Shown here in pieces: positions 33,118 through 33,359 of a DNA stretch of 33,359 nucleotides (position 1 is the first letter of the stretch; every line of letters starts with the position of its first letter). Source of the DNA: a bacterium (lineage in GTDB: Bacteria > SAR324 > NAC60-12); NCBI GenBank assembly GCA_965233585.1, contig CBDDTI010000307.1, positions 1 through 33,359 on the forward strand, read 5' to 3'. Made by a program: the position numbers and the translations under genes. The notes beneath the pieces are model-generated. The model had not been told where the DNA came from and made no database searches. It saw only the letters and a program-made list of their open reading frames with translations.

Positions 33118-33359
33118 TTTGCGCTCCTCCAACCAGGATAAGTGCGACCAGCCTGCAGACCTGGCTGATTTTCACGGACGGGGCTTGTGAGGGGGAAGAC
33201 ACAAAGGTGGGCTCCATTGGGGCCGTGCTGATTAACCCTGATGGCGTTGCAGTCGAGTTTATTTCCGAAAGAGTCCCTGACCAATGGATGTCAAAGTTCA
33301 TGTCCGTTTCTGCTCACCCCATTTTCGAGCTCGAACTCCTTCCGGTGTGGATCGCGCTC
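33101..33359 (+). CDS. RNase H domain of pol (shifted frame, truncated by the window end)
   Basis: The alternative frame reads LRKRVICAPPTRI...WLIFTDGACEG...GSIGAVLINPDG...HPIFELELLPVWIAL. The shift lies at or near the T6 run 33098-33103. Confidence 0.85.

Larger units (their letters stand above)
26420..33359 (+). mobile_element. Near-intact DIRS-group (YR) retrotransposon running off the window end; left boundary approximate
   Basis: Co-oriented YR, gag and MTase-RT-RH ORFs. The leader carries ccgcgctcgcctcaa (26589-26603), also found between the split repeats at 19253-19267. Confidence 0.9.

Overview
Eukaryotic, repeat-dense DNA made almost entirely of nested transposable elements. The element families and the (CACTA)n/(GATA)n repeats suggest a Symbiodiniaceae-like dinoflagellate (inference). 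No host housekeeping gene, rRNA or tRNA was recognised. Structure read from the sequence: (1) a decayed Copia RT fragment and two stacked split-direct-repeat ends of tyrosine-recombinase (YR/DIRS-group) retrotransposons (1-3.4 kb). (2) A decayed YR element whose cytosine-methyltransferase-like ORF is split by an 18.1 kb LTR element (4020-22128; ~1.28 kb near-identical TG..CA LTRs, CATAC target-site duplication). (3) Inside that, a 14.07 kb terminal-inverted-repeat element (6262-20329; 8-bp TSD GGTAGCAA) with no recognisable transposase. It carries ~20 palindromic copies of its own terminal motif, arranged symmetrically around a Y-shaped two-eared hairpin. (4) A fragmented minus-strand YR gene interrupted by a poly(A)/TSD-flanked 1.5 kb insertion and a local inversion. 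(5) From ~26.4 kb to the window end, a nearly intact YR retrotransposon ordered YR - gag - [C5-MTase-like + RT + RNase H]. Its gag and pol are in one frame, separated by a single TGA-CTAG; the same in-frame TGA-CTA precedes the MTase-like ORF of the decayed element at 3711. All motif calls are by eye; no searches were run.
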